The translations under genes and the position numbers were made by a program. A stretch of DNA of 60,887 nt, filler included, from Basidioascus undulatus (taxonomy: Eukaryota), in assembly GCA_000826855.1 (NCBI GenBank). It is 4 parts of 4 records of this genome, joined end to end, with 100 filler letters (N's around TTAATTAATTAA, not from the genome) between each part and the next. Parts side by side here need not be neighbours in the genome. Positions count along the whole stretch, not along the records: positions 1 to 30,063 come from JTLS01000117.1; positions 30,164 to 40,339 come from JTLS01001171.1; 2 more parts are not named here. One strand, 5' to 3'. Positions 25,709-36,697 of the stretch are shown here, in pieces; the stretch's first letter is position 1, and each line of letters opens with the position of its first letter. The notes below the pieces were generated by a model. That model saw only the letters and a program-made list of their open reading frames with translations. It made no database searches and was not told where the DNA came from.

Positions 25709-26581
25709 CTACTCCCAGAACCAGCCCAGGTGTGTCCTCACCACTCCCTTCACCCAGGCAAGTCCCTCCATCTTTGCGCTGCACTTTCGACCAAGCCGGC
25801 CCACGTATTAATCGGACAAACCCACACCTCAACTTTCTCAAGGTTAATCCACTGCGAGACCGCCGCCTTCGATGGAAAGCCTTCGGCCGGGCCATCGCTG
25901 TCGCCAAGCGAAGACCACGTAGCTATAATCTGCAGGACGAGCGAGTGCAAGGACGGAAGCTGTAACATGCCTGGAGCGAGGTGGTTGTCGTCGCACGTCC
26001 AAAACCCAAATTCAGCAGAGCGGAGGCGCGTCCACGACAGCGGTTCTATTTTTCCCATAGAGAAGCGAGCCCGTGAGGGCTGCCATGAGGTGGAAATCCT
26101 CCGCCGGGTGGATCGCGTACGTGATGGGGTTAACGTGCGCGAGTATCTCAGGCAAATCATTCCGGGGATCAATGGTCTGGCCATTCTCCTCTTCGAGCTC
26201 GAGCTTGATGAAGAGGTGGTCCACCGTCGAGCAGAGCGGGAGAAGCTCCTTGAACGGGCCGTTGCCGCGCACGTGCAGAGTCGAGACGTAGTTCCCCACG
26301 CTGCGGTTCGACTTCAAGAAGGCAATGAAGGGTTCGATGTTCGACGGACCGAGCTTGACGATCGAGTAGATGGCTGCGCTGGGGGCAGCGAAGTCGCGCC
26401 AGACGAGGCACAGCGCGAGACGCTCGCGCTGAGAGAGCGAGAGGACTGCGAGAGAGAGGATGTGGTGCTTGAGCTCGGTCGGAAGAATGAGCTGGAGGAT
26501 GTGCAGGGTGGACAGGTCACGGTTGGACAGGATTACTGGAGAAACGATGCTTACCAAGGCGGAGGTTGAGCTGGCGGACAT
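25709..26581 (-). pseudogene. F-box-like protein pseudogene (paralogue B)
   Basis: LILPTELKHHILSLA...RERLALCLVWRDF, collinear with paralogue A. Frameshift in the A5 run at 26049-26053, a second frameshift near 25770-25780, and TAG at 25711-25709 ahead of an acidic tail. Confidence 0.72.
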
Positions 26582-27326
26582 GCTGGGGAGTCTGGTGCAC
26601 GGATACGATGGAGCGCAAGTGCAGCTTCTAGAGGCGAAAGGTCCGAAGGTCCGAAGATCAAGGGTAGTCCAGTGAATTGAGGGTACTTGAGGTACTGAAC
26701 CGATCTGGAATAGAGGAGTTGGTCGAGGAACGATACGGCCGAGAAGGTGATGATGGTAAGAAGTTAACCTGCGACTCGTCGGTGGGCCCTTCAAAAAACT
26801 CGCAAATGGGCTTGCATGATGGCTGACAACAGCGGAATGTAGGTCGTTAGTATCTTGACGGTCTTTTTTTTCTTGGAATGACACCTTGTATGTCTAATGG
26901 TTCACAAGTATTTTTCTGCGGCCCAGTACGGCAGCGAAAAGAGCAGCCAGGATAACCTCGCCGGCGAGCAGGTGCAGTCCCGGCGGTTTCCATACTACCA
27001 TATTAATATTTTAGACTTATTCAATAGAAAGTGTCACGTTGCGCCGCGTCCTCCGTCCAACGTGTAGAAACCATGGGGTCAGAGACAAACAGTGAAGTGG
27101 TTCAGGGGCTGCAAGCGAGCGATCGACTTGCTGTAGGCGACGCTTCAGGTGCGCTTTTACAAGGGACTCACTTGAAGGGCCTCCAGACGGGATGAGTGAT
27201 ACCCGACCCACGCAGAGCAAGGCGCCTTCCGGCTACATGGACCCTTGCTCGCCGACAAGCAACGCAGGGCATCATGCAAACTTCAGTGTATCACCCTCAC
27301 CCCGCATCCCCCCAAAGCCCACTAAA

Positions 27327-28148
27327 TCACTTGCGTCCTTCAATCATTATAAGATGATAGCCAAACTGCGTCTTTACAAGGTCCGACATGATCGGCTTGT
27401 CGACTGTTGATGGAGGGAGGGCGAAGGCGGCCTCTGCTCGGAGGAATGGAAGAGGTCTCAAGTACGTCAGTAGACTTCGAATGAGCCTGTGAGAGCGGAG
27501 ACGACGAACCTTGGAACGGCCCCTGCGCGTGCGGAAAATTGCGTTAAACAAGTGGAAGAGGTGAGATCAGATGCGAAGGTCGAGAGAAGGAGGAAGACGG
27601 ACCACCATCGACCCGCGGACCTGAGTGACAGCATGTGAGCGCTCGTAAATGGAATGTAATATAATTAAGTTTGAAAGAAATCGTACCATCCATCCAAGAG
27701 ACCCGCCAGCCTTCGCCTTGTCCTCCGAGTACTCCTGAGAGCGCCCGTCAGTGTCCGTGGCCCGCGCAATTCCAAGTCCGCACAGGCGAGTAGCTCGTAC
27801 CTGCGCAACTTTGTCGAACCTTTCACCCGCCTTGATCTTCGCCAGCGCCTCGGCCGCGCGCGAATGCTTCTCACAAAGGATGTGGCGGACCTGTCGTCAC
27901 GCAAGAGCGAGGGCAAGGCGATCAGCTCAAGGGCGTACGGTCTATGCCCGACGATAGGATGGGTCGGCGCACGTTGACGGTGTTGGCGGGCTTCAGCTTG
28001 CCCTAGACCACGCAACACAAATATGAGCGCCAACACGACGAGGTGCGATCGAAGAGGGTGAGCAACGAACAGCGCCCGCGTCAGAGTCCCCTCCGCCCTT
28101 GCCCTTCCCGCCCGCAGGCTTCGCGTTGCCCTTCTTAGCCGGCGCCAT
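27327..28148 (-). CDS. PIN4: Parvulin peptidyl-prolyl isomerase (PIN4/Par14)
   Basis: Spliced product MAPAKKG...[20 protein letters not shown]...[36 protein letters not shown]...[16 protein letters not shown]. Confidence 0.95.
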
Positions 28149-28331
28149 GGTCAGTTGTGCGATTGAATGGAGTGTAAGAGCGGGGTCAGCGTGGGAGTGG
28201 AAGATGATGGTGGTGGAAGGGAAGAACCGGTCGAGCGAGATTCGACGCGGAGGGGACGCGCCTGCTCTTTGACTACGGACCCTCATCATCGCCTGCTTCG
28301 CTCGCAGTTCACCCTGAGTTGGCTCTCCATC

Positions 28332-30063
28332 ATGTCGTCTGGCAGTCAGGTGAATCTTATATTCCTGCACTCTAGAGCTCTCTATGGTTTGCTGACGTCC
28401 TGTGCCTTGTAGGACCTGACGAACCTGTTCGATCTCTCGCCTGAGGGCTTCCCCTTCTCCCAAGCAGCAAATGATGCCATCAAGGCCCGTCGGCAAGCGC
28501 TGCCCTCCGGGACGCTCTTCATCGACGATGTGCTATCCTCCCTCGGAATCGCCCGTGCGTAGTTCATCCCAAACGCTCCAAGGCATCTACCATGACCGCT
28601 AACAGCCCTTCCTCGCGGGCAGCCACGCTTTATCCGCCTTCGAGTCCGGCAGACCTGCACGCGCTCCTGACCGCGCTGGACGAGAAAGACAAGCTCGTTC
28701 GCGACGCAGTTGTCTACTACCTCCTCATCCCGCCGAACCAGGACCGGCGCGAGGAGAATGGGCGCGAGCGCGAGTGGGCAGCCGAGCGCTTCTTGCCCGA
28801 GGAGTGGGTCGGCGCTGCCGAGGCGCTCTGGGGATTGGACCATGGGGACTACGAGGTGCGCTCTTCTACTCGGCGGGGAATCGCCCTGGGCTCCGTTTGA
28901 CCCGTTGGTGTTGGTTGCAGCACGCGGTCATCCACCTCTCACTCCCTCTCTTCCCCTCCGCTCTCGCCCCCGCACCCCTCAAGGTCCTCCAAACCCTGTC
29001 CTCCGATTCCAAGCACCTCCTCGCCTACGTACGCCTCGCCAAACCCGACCTGAGCACCCCCGAAGAGCTCGAGCTCGAGGTCGCTGCGCTGGCGGAGCAC
29101 TCCGTGCGGGAGGCGTGGGCGTTTGTGAAGGACTTTGAGGGGGCCGAGGATGTGCGGGAACGGTTGATCAGGCGGGTGTTTGACTACTGTCTGCTTCGTG
29201 CGTACCTTCCTTTGTTCCACTCTTACGCTAATGCATTCTAACACGAGGGAGCACGCAACCTAGCCCGACCCCGTCCCGAAGCACTGCAATCCCTCCTTCC
29301 CCTCCCCCTTTCCGCGCGCGAAGCGTCCATTCTGCGCACCTACAGCCTTCCCCCGCACCCGCCCGCGTCCGCCGCAGCAGCACACGACCTCCTCCTGGTC
29401 CGGGCGATCCAGACCGGGCGCCTCGTAGACGCCGTCAAGCTCTCGCGCGCGCCCGCGCACGCGTCCCCGTCCGGCCTTGGCCAGGTGCGCCGCGCGGCGC
29501 TCGTCAACGAGTGCTGGGCGTGCATGCCGGAGGTGCAGCGGCGGCTGGTGGAGGCTGATGTTGAGGTGGGCGCGGAGGAAAAAGGCGCGGGGAAGACGAA
29601 GGCGAAGTGGGAGAAGGAAAAGCAGATGGAGAAAGAGCCCCAGACCGAGGACGTCGAGATGTCGTGGACGTCTATCTCGAACGCCCCTTCCGCGCCGCCG
29701 GCATGGTCCGCGCCCTCCCCCGCTCCGCAGGCTACCGCCGCACCGGCCGGCCCCGCGCCCCTCTCGGCATCGACCTCCTTCCGCCAGCAAGCCGAGCAGG
29801 GCTCAGTGCTCAAGGCGCTCGTGTCCTCCACACCCACAGCGGGCACCGAGAGCCCGTTCTCCGGCCCGCCGCGCCTCCCGCCCACCACAAGCACGTTCGC
29901 GAGCCTCTTCCGCCAGCAGCAGCAGCCGCAGCCTCAGCAGCCGCCATCCGAACGGGCGGTGTCGATCTTCGACGCCATGTCCGCCGCGGGCGACGCGGCC
30001 GCAGCAGCGCGCCAGAACTCGCCGACGCCCTTCTCCGCGCTCGCACCGCCCCTGCCGTCCGCC
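28332..30063 (+). CDS. ELYS-domain nuclear pore assembly protein; 3' end truncated by the gap
   Basis: LFIDDVL...LYPPSSPADLHALL...AVVYYLL...FLP...ALWGLDHGDYEHAVIHL...LLAYVR...EAWAF...LPLSARE...DLLLVRAI matches the fungal ELYS domain pattern, followed by a low-complexity tail. Confidence 0.8.
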
Positions 30064-30163
30064 NNNNNNNNNNNNNNNNNNNNNNNNNNNNNNNNNNNNN
30101 NNNNNNNTTAATTAATTAANNNNNNNNNNNNNNNNNNNNNNNNNNNNNNNNNNNNNNNNNNNN
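30064..30163. other. Artificial contig-join spacer (N44-TTAATTAATTAA-N44)
   Basis: 100-bp N run containing a six-frame stop linker. Confidence 0.98.
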
Positions 30164-33100
30164 GGGAGGTTAGGGGGACGGAGGTGTGTGGGGTGCGGAG
30201 GGTGCCGAGACCTAGTGCGCTGGTTGAGGTTGACAAGTGCGTTCGGCTTCGTTTCTCCTTGGGTTATCGTCGTTGGAGGGAGGGAGAGAGAGGAAGAGGA
30301 ACGGAGAAGGGGTTAAGAGGGAGGGGAGAGTGATGCTGATGAGGAATGGTGGGCGCGGTCGGAACAGGCTCCACGACTGCTCGGGCGACGTGGGGATCCA
30401 CGCGCTCTTCTCGCTGAGTGGCACGCCGCCTTATACGCTGCATTATACGACGCAGTTGCTCGTACGTTTCTCCTCTCTTCTCCACTTCATCCTCATCCCC
30501 GCCACCTCCCCATCCCCATCCACCGCACTCAGCTCGTTCGACTCGCCCCTCGCTCGCTCTCCTGTTCCCACTCCCTCCATCCCCACCCCAATCCTCCCTT
30601 CCATAGCTTTTCCCGTTGCTCCCCTCCTTCCTCGAGATCGAGATCGAGCAAGGATTGCTTTGATGCTGATGATGGTGGGATCGTGCAGGGCGAGCAACCC
30701 CGCAAGATCAACAAGTCCATCCGCTCGTCGCGGGACGAGCTCATTCTTACGCCTGAGAAAGAAGGGTGCGCTTCAGCTTCCTCCGCTTCTTCCGCATCGC
30801 GCTTCCATTTCCCTCGCACTCACCCTCGCCCCCCTCTCCTCTCTCTGCGTTCCTCCCGCCCTTTTTCCCGTCCTCTCGCTCGCACACTCGTCCGCCCGCT
30901 CGCCACTCGTCCGCTCGCCCGCCTGCCCGCTCACTCGCTCGCCCGCCCGCTCTCCCATCCCATAGCACCTACGAATACCGCTTCCTCTCCGTCTCGGACA
31001 AGAACTACGCTCATGTCCCCATCGGCGACGACGGCAAGGGCGTCACCGTCCGGCAGGTCGTCCACCCGCCCGCGGGCGCGAGCTTCGCCTCTGGTGGCGA
31101 TAAAAGGACGCTGTGGAGCTGCGAGGGCGGGGAGGTGGAGGTGGAGATTGATTTGAAGGTGCGTTTGTCGCTGCTTCTCTTCTGCGCGCTGGCGGCGGGG
31201 AAGCTGGAATGGAGGGAAGGGAGAAGGGAGAAGAAGGGAGAAGGAAGAAGGAATGCTGATGCTGTGTGCGCGGAACAGGGCTCCGGACCGTGGACGCTCG
31301 AGCTCCAAACGCTGGGGGCGACGAGCGCGCTATCCGGCGCGCGCACGCTCATCGAGCGCGATATCAAGAGCAGGCGGCACGTCGTGCGCGTCCCCATACT
31401 CGAGGACGTCGACCGCAAGGGCGGGCAGTTTACGGTCTCGCTCGGTGCGTCGCTGGCTCAGGGGGTCGGGGGCGGAGAGGAAGGGGAGGGGAGAGGAAGG
31501 AGGACTGATTGCGAGGTGGGCTGGGGATAGTGAGCGTTGAGGACGCGAGCGGGTGTAAGAAGGCGCTGGCGCAGAACGATCTGACGGTGGAGGTCAAGCG
31601 GGTTAAGGTGCGCCGGTTATTGCCGTTCCTCGGAGGTATCTGAGGAGCGCTAGGGCTCATGTTTGGATGGGTGCGGGGTCGATTGGCAGCCCACCGTCCG
31701 CTTCGCTGGACCCCCCAGCGCGACGATCCTGGAGGGCCAGACGGCGCACCTGCCTGTGCGGCTGACGGGCGACGGAGTGCGTACACCTTTTCTAAGCTCA
31801 AAATTTAAATATGAGCTGATGAGGAATACGTTGGGGCGGACTCGCAGCCCTGGCAAGTCAACTACCGCCATGTCGAGGATGCCGCGGACGAGACGCACGC
31901 CATCTCGATCCCAAAGCGCGAGGCGCAGATCCTCGTGGACCGCAAGGGATTGTACCAGCTCGTTTCTGTACGTCGCTCACGTCGCTTTCCCCTCCCGCAC
32001 GCTTCAGCTGCGACTGACGTTTGAGTATGATGGGGTGACTGCAGGTCAAGGACAAGCACTGCCCAGGCGTTGTCGTCGAAGGCGAGGACACCTTCACCGT
32101 CGACTTTATCCCCCGCCCGCAGGTCGAGCTCGCCGAGCCGAGCGCCAAGCTCCTCCGGAGCGGGATCTGGGAGCTCCCGAACGTATGCGAGGGCGACGAG
32201 AGCTTTGCGAAGGTCACGTTCAAGGGTGCGTGCCTCACCGATTCTGAATCTGCAATGGGAAGGGATCTAACTGACTTGGCTCGGGTGAATGGATCAGGCG
32301 CCCCGCCGTTCGAGATCGCCTACCGCCACGTCTTCGGCCCGACCATCGAGGAAGAGCGCGTCGCGTCCGTGCGCCCGTCCTCGGCGCTCCAACTGTCGAC
32401 CTCTCCGCCGGGCCAGCACCGCTACGAGGTCGATGGCGTGGGCGACGCGAACTATGCGCTCGACAGCAGCAGCCGCAAACGCCGCGCCGGCGCCGCCCAG
32501 CACCGCAACAGCGGGTTCACGCTCGAGCAGCACGTCGTCACCCGTCCGTCGGCGACGTTCAAGACTGCGCCCAGGCTCAGCTACTGCCTCGGCGAGGAAC
32601 TCACGCCTCATCCGGACCGGCCCAACGCGGTCGTCCAGCTCCAGGGCACCGCGCCGTGGGAGCTCGTGCTCGAGGTGCGCTCCCTTCCTCTCTCCCCTCC
32701 TCCATCCTCTCTCTTCCTTCTCCCTCGTCGACACTTCATGCTGATGCACTATCCGCGCTTGTTATCCGCACAGATCCGCGACGAAGCCGGTCCGGCCGAA
32801 GTGCGCGTCGTCCGCGTGCCGGGGATCAAGCACCCCGAGTGGACGCTGGACCTCTCGCCCCTCACGCTCGACAGCTTCGGCCCGCACCGCGTGAGCATCC
32901 GCGAGGTGCGTGACGCGAGCGCGTGCGCGGCGGGCGAGGTCGACCCCCGCACCGCGAGCGTCTGGGTAGAAGTCGCGGAGACTGCTACTGTTGTGCCGCT
33001 CGACCGGAACGAGGTGCGTGGAGATTGTAGCGAGCGCAGGTGAGGGGGGAGATCGCTGATGTGCGTGGGGGGATAGGACGTCTGCGTCGGCGACACCATG

Positions 33101-33923
33101 GTATTCTCCCTGGGCGGCACGCCACCGTTCTCTATCACGTACGTCTATGTGATAAACACGCCGCCAAACCGGTTTTAACACTACTCTATCTCGCAGCTAC
33201 GACTGGAACGGCAAGCTGCACAAGGTCAAGTCCAAGACGCCCACCTTCACACGCGTCGCCGAAGAAGCAGGCGTCTTCCACATCCGCGAAGTCTCTGTGC
33301 GCCATCTCTCTTGCCTCTCCCTTAGCGTACTGGATCAGCGACTGATCAACCTTTGTGACCGACAACAGCACCACCTCCAGCAGTGCCCGACCAACGTCGA
33401 CATTATCCGCCGCGTGCGCGCGATCCCTAGCGCGACCGTCAGCGAGGGGCAATATTACATCGAAGACATCCGTGAGGGGTGCGTGTGCTTTCTAAAATGC
33501 TCCATCGTCGTTAGATATCGAAGCTGACTTGCTCCGTCGAGCGCAGGGACCAAGCCGAGATCAAGTTCAGCTTCGAGGGCACGCCGCCGTTCACGTTCAC
33601 CTACGAGGTGGGTCTGCGCGCGCCGAATCGCTCTGGCTTTCGTCCTATTCCTGACATCGTAACATTCTCGTCCTTCAGCGCCGCGAGAACCTCCCGCGCG
33701 TCGGGCGGTCGCACGAGCTCGGCCGCGTGTTCGAGCGGCATACCGTCACGGGCGTGCAGGACTACCAATACTCGATCTTCAGCTCCCTGGAGGGTTCGTC
33801 TTTCGTCCCGTTCCCTTTGCCGCCTTATCGACTAACTGGGGGATGGGGACAGGAACCTACGTCGTCAGCTATATCCAGGACGCGTATTGCAGATACCCGA
33901 GGGAGCCGGCCGCAGAGGCATGA
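30164..33923 (+). CDS. POM152: Transmembrane nucleoporin Pom152, C-terminal lumenal Ig-like repeats; 5' end missing
   Basis: Repeated C...L.G.PP[FW]...Y units: CSGDVGIHALFSLSGTPPY, YEYRFLSVSDKNY, GSGPWTLE, VEDASGCK, LTGDGPW, VKDKHCPG, GAPPFEIAY, YCLGE, GTAPWEL, CVGD...GGTPPF, IREGDQAEIKFSFEGTPPFTFTY, ending GTYVVSYIQDAYCRYP. Confidence 0.9.
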
Positions 33924-33954
33924 GCACGGTGGGAGGGTGTGGGTGAGGTTGGAA

Positions 33955-33980
33955 GGGATGGGGATGGGGATGGGGATGGG
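33955..33980 (+). repeat. (GGGGAT)n tandem repeat just downstream of the POM152 stop
   Basis: gggatggggatggggatggggatggg. Confidence 0.75.
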
Positions 33981-34308
33981 CAACAATTGTATTATTCGCA
34001 AATAGCATAGCACAGCGACAGCATCGCATTGGACTAGGGCTTGGGCGATGGAAAGAGAACCTCTGCTTCGGCGCGTCAATCAAGAGTGCCTGCTCTCCCG
34101 CTGAACTTGTCCAAAATGCTAGGCTGTCTGGCCTCACGAGGAACGGCAGAAAAATCTTCTTGTAATGGAAACCAGGGCGCAAGCGAACAGAAAGCCAGGG
34201 GCCGGCAAGAGCTTGTCGCAGTCGGCCTCGCGGCTCGTTCGCATCTTCGCATCTTCGCATCGCTGACCTGGCGATCGTGCACACGGCGTCCATAAAAAGC
34301 AAAACAAT

Positions 34309-34382
34309 TGGCCACTGCAGGGGTCGAACCTGCGACTTTGGAGTTATTAGCTCCACACTCTAACCAACTGAGTTAAGCGGCC
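34309..34382 (-). tRNA. tRNA-Ile, anticodon AAT, no intron
   Basis: Reverse complement is GGCCGCTTAACTCAGTTGGTTAGAGTGTGGAGCTAATAACTCCAAAGTCGCAGGTTCGACCCCTGCAGTGGCCA. It folds as a cloverleaf with anticodon stem TGGAG/CTCCA and a GTTCGA T-loop, and T-runs (Pol III terminator) follow. Confidence 0.97.
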
Positions 34383-34561
34383 GATGGTAATTTTATTAGT
34401 CTGACATATTTATCGCAACACACGCCATCGTTGACGTCCATGAAAATGCTCAAGGTTCTTGAGGATGCGTAATGGCTCAGTGAGGGTCTCGAGGTAGTGC
34501 CGCCAGAGTTTGACCGCAGATGTCTTCCCCTCCCGTACTCTATCTACCCTGCCTGTATGCT

Positions 34562-34628
34562 CCAGCGGCCCACTATCGCGTCGCATGCAGAGCTCTTAAC
34601 GTCCCATGCAAAGCTCTTAACGCCTAAC
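34562..34628 (+). repeat. Dispersed repeat copy 1 (matches 59673-59719 on the minus strand), with an internal partial tandem duplication
   Basis: Shared core CGTCGCATGCAGAGCTCTTAACG followed by CCTAAC. Here CATGCARAGCTCTTAACG occurs twice. Confidence 0.75.
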
Positions 34629-36697
34629 TTAGCACCTTCAAGAAAGGTATTCATGTGGGCATGTCCAATTATGTTCCCATCAGAAACGGTGATCCAGCGG
34701 CCCCATAGAGAAGAATGGCCGAGTCCCAAAGAGGTGTGCGCATCGTGCCGAGCCTGACCACACGGCAGGGATGGTGTTGACATATGTTTCTGGACATGTA
34801 GATAAATCTTACGGCGCACGGTAGTAGTTAAGAGGATCTAGATTGGCTTTGCTTGCCAGCCTCCTCCCGGTCGTTGACTTTGAGGTCCAAGACAAAACCG
34901 TGCTTGTCCTTGGTCATGTCATGAGCGTCGGTACATATGCGGGCCTGGGGTGCAGACATGGGCTGAGGACACCACTACCATCAGTGCCAGCATACATAAC
35001 CAGCATGCAGAATGACAGAGAGTCAAGTAAGCAAGTACAGACCTTTGCAGCTCGTACACCGCAGCGATGTCCTCCTTGCTCAGCTCGGACGGGCATTCCA
35101 ACACCACTATCCACGTGATGGCGGGGTCGGAAACTAAAGTTTATTCGCTCAACGGCGGGGAAGAGGAACGCGCCGTTCTGGTTAAAGATCTCTGCGAGGC
35201 TGAAAAATTGGGTGGTTAGGGATGTCCAGTGATCCAGTGATCGACCTTGCCAATCTGCAGGGGGGCATGGTAAAGCCAGAGCAGGGTACACGTCAGAAGG
35301 TATCAGTACAGAATTTCGGAAGTAGAGCTGTTCTGTCCACCCCCACGACGAACCTTAAAAGGGATCCTGGCAACCAGCGCCTGGTTCTTCCATCGTTGGG
35401 CAGTCGTGCCAAACGATCGCGACGGGGAAGCCCTTGCCGTTCTGAGCGACCATGACGTCCGAGATCTACTCCGCAATGTAGGAATCTCAAGCATGACCTG
35501 GGTCTTGCGTCAAACAAGCATGTCAGCTAGATGCACAATGAAATGAGTGGTCCACAAGCTCAAAGCATGCGAGACAGACTGGTTTCAGCTGCGAAGAGCT
35601 TCTTTGGGATAGGACTGGACCGGGCGTTGTGGCTCGATGAAGATAGGTGGGGTATTGTGTGCGAATATTCCATTAAAAGTGATTGCTGACCGGCAAATCT
35701 AGCTTGACAAGAGAGGCAAAGGGAAAGAAAGCGGGGACAGCCAGACATGAATCTTGCCCGTGTTTCATCGTCGTGAGCCTGCGTGACCACTTTGGTCACC
35801 ACAAGTCGCCTCTCACCCACCTGGTCTTTGGCTAGCCCAAAGTGTGTCACCGAGATGGCCGAAATAACGTAATTCGGCTGCTATGTTTTGCTATGCATGG
35901 CCACTGGCACGGACTGCAGATGCTGCCGAACCTCTGCATTGTATTCTAGCTCCCCAGCAACCCACAAACACTAATCATAGGTAGATGCCTCCGTTGAGAG
36001 TGCGTTTGGAGCGTTGCGAGGGAGCGGCAAGATGAGCCCTCAATTCGGAAGCCGTTTGCCGGCGGCCGCGTGTTCGAATTGCGCAAGTCGCGCTCTGCAG
36101 CGACTGCAATGGTGGTGGCTGTCGCTCGCTGTTGGTTGCGGGCAAGTTGGGGCTGTCGTGGTACACTCTTGCCCTGTACCATCTCTATCGTGCGCCATCA
36201 GAGCCAACACAGAACTCGAATTGCGGTGTTGCTCTCAGCCTGTCCGTGCTTCCCTGACCCCGTACGCTCCGTCGAGCTATTCATCTACCCGACGCAATGC
36301 TGTGATTACTGAGCGGCGAGCAGTGGCATGAACAAAAAAGCTTGTGAGGTGTGCCAGGGGCAAGTACCTGAGACGAAGGGGGGAAATGCGGGTTATATTG
36401 GGCAAGGAGTAAACTATCAAGTAAGCCGCCGGCGCCGGCGGTGGAAGACGACTCTGGGACTTAGGAACGCCCTTCACTAAAGCCAGCGTACCTAAACGGC
36501 GAATCAAGCAGCTTTTCTTCAGAGACACGCGCAGCGGACAAATGGTGAAACATGCAGGAGACCCTTCTTGAGCGACGGTTTGGAAAAGGTAGATAAAGAG
36601 GCGCGACAGTCGACATGCGTGAACTGGAACCTTTCCTTTTCTCAATTCCGACCATTCGTGGTCTTCTGCGGCTGCTGACGCCGGCGCTGCTGCCAAT

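Noticed and set aside
30108..30119. TTAATTAATTAA palindrome occurring three times (also near 40384 and 50660)
   Set aside because: It always sits in the middle of N runs. It is an assembly linker with stops in six frames, not a biological sequence.
30870..30955. CGCT/CGCC short repeats
   Set aside because: Low-complexity intronic sequence within POM152. There is no repeat-spacer structure, so it is not CRISPR-like.
34640..35850. Possible decayed TE next to the tRNA (HxxxGH-like string)
   Set aside because: No coherent integrase, RT or transposase motif order, and no LTR pair or TIR was seen.
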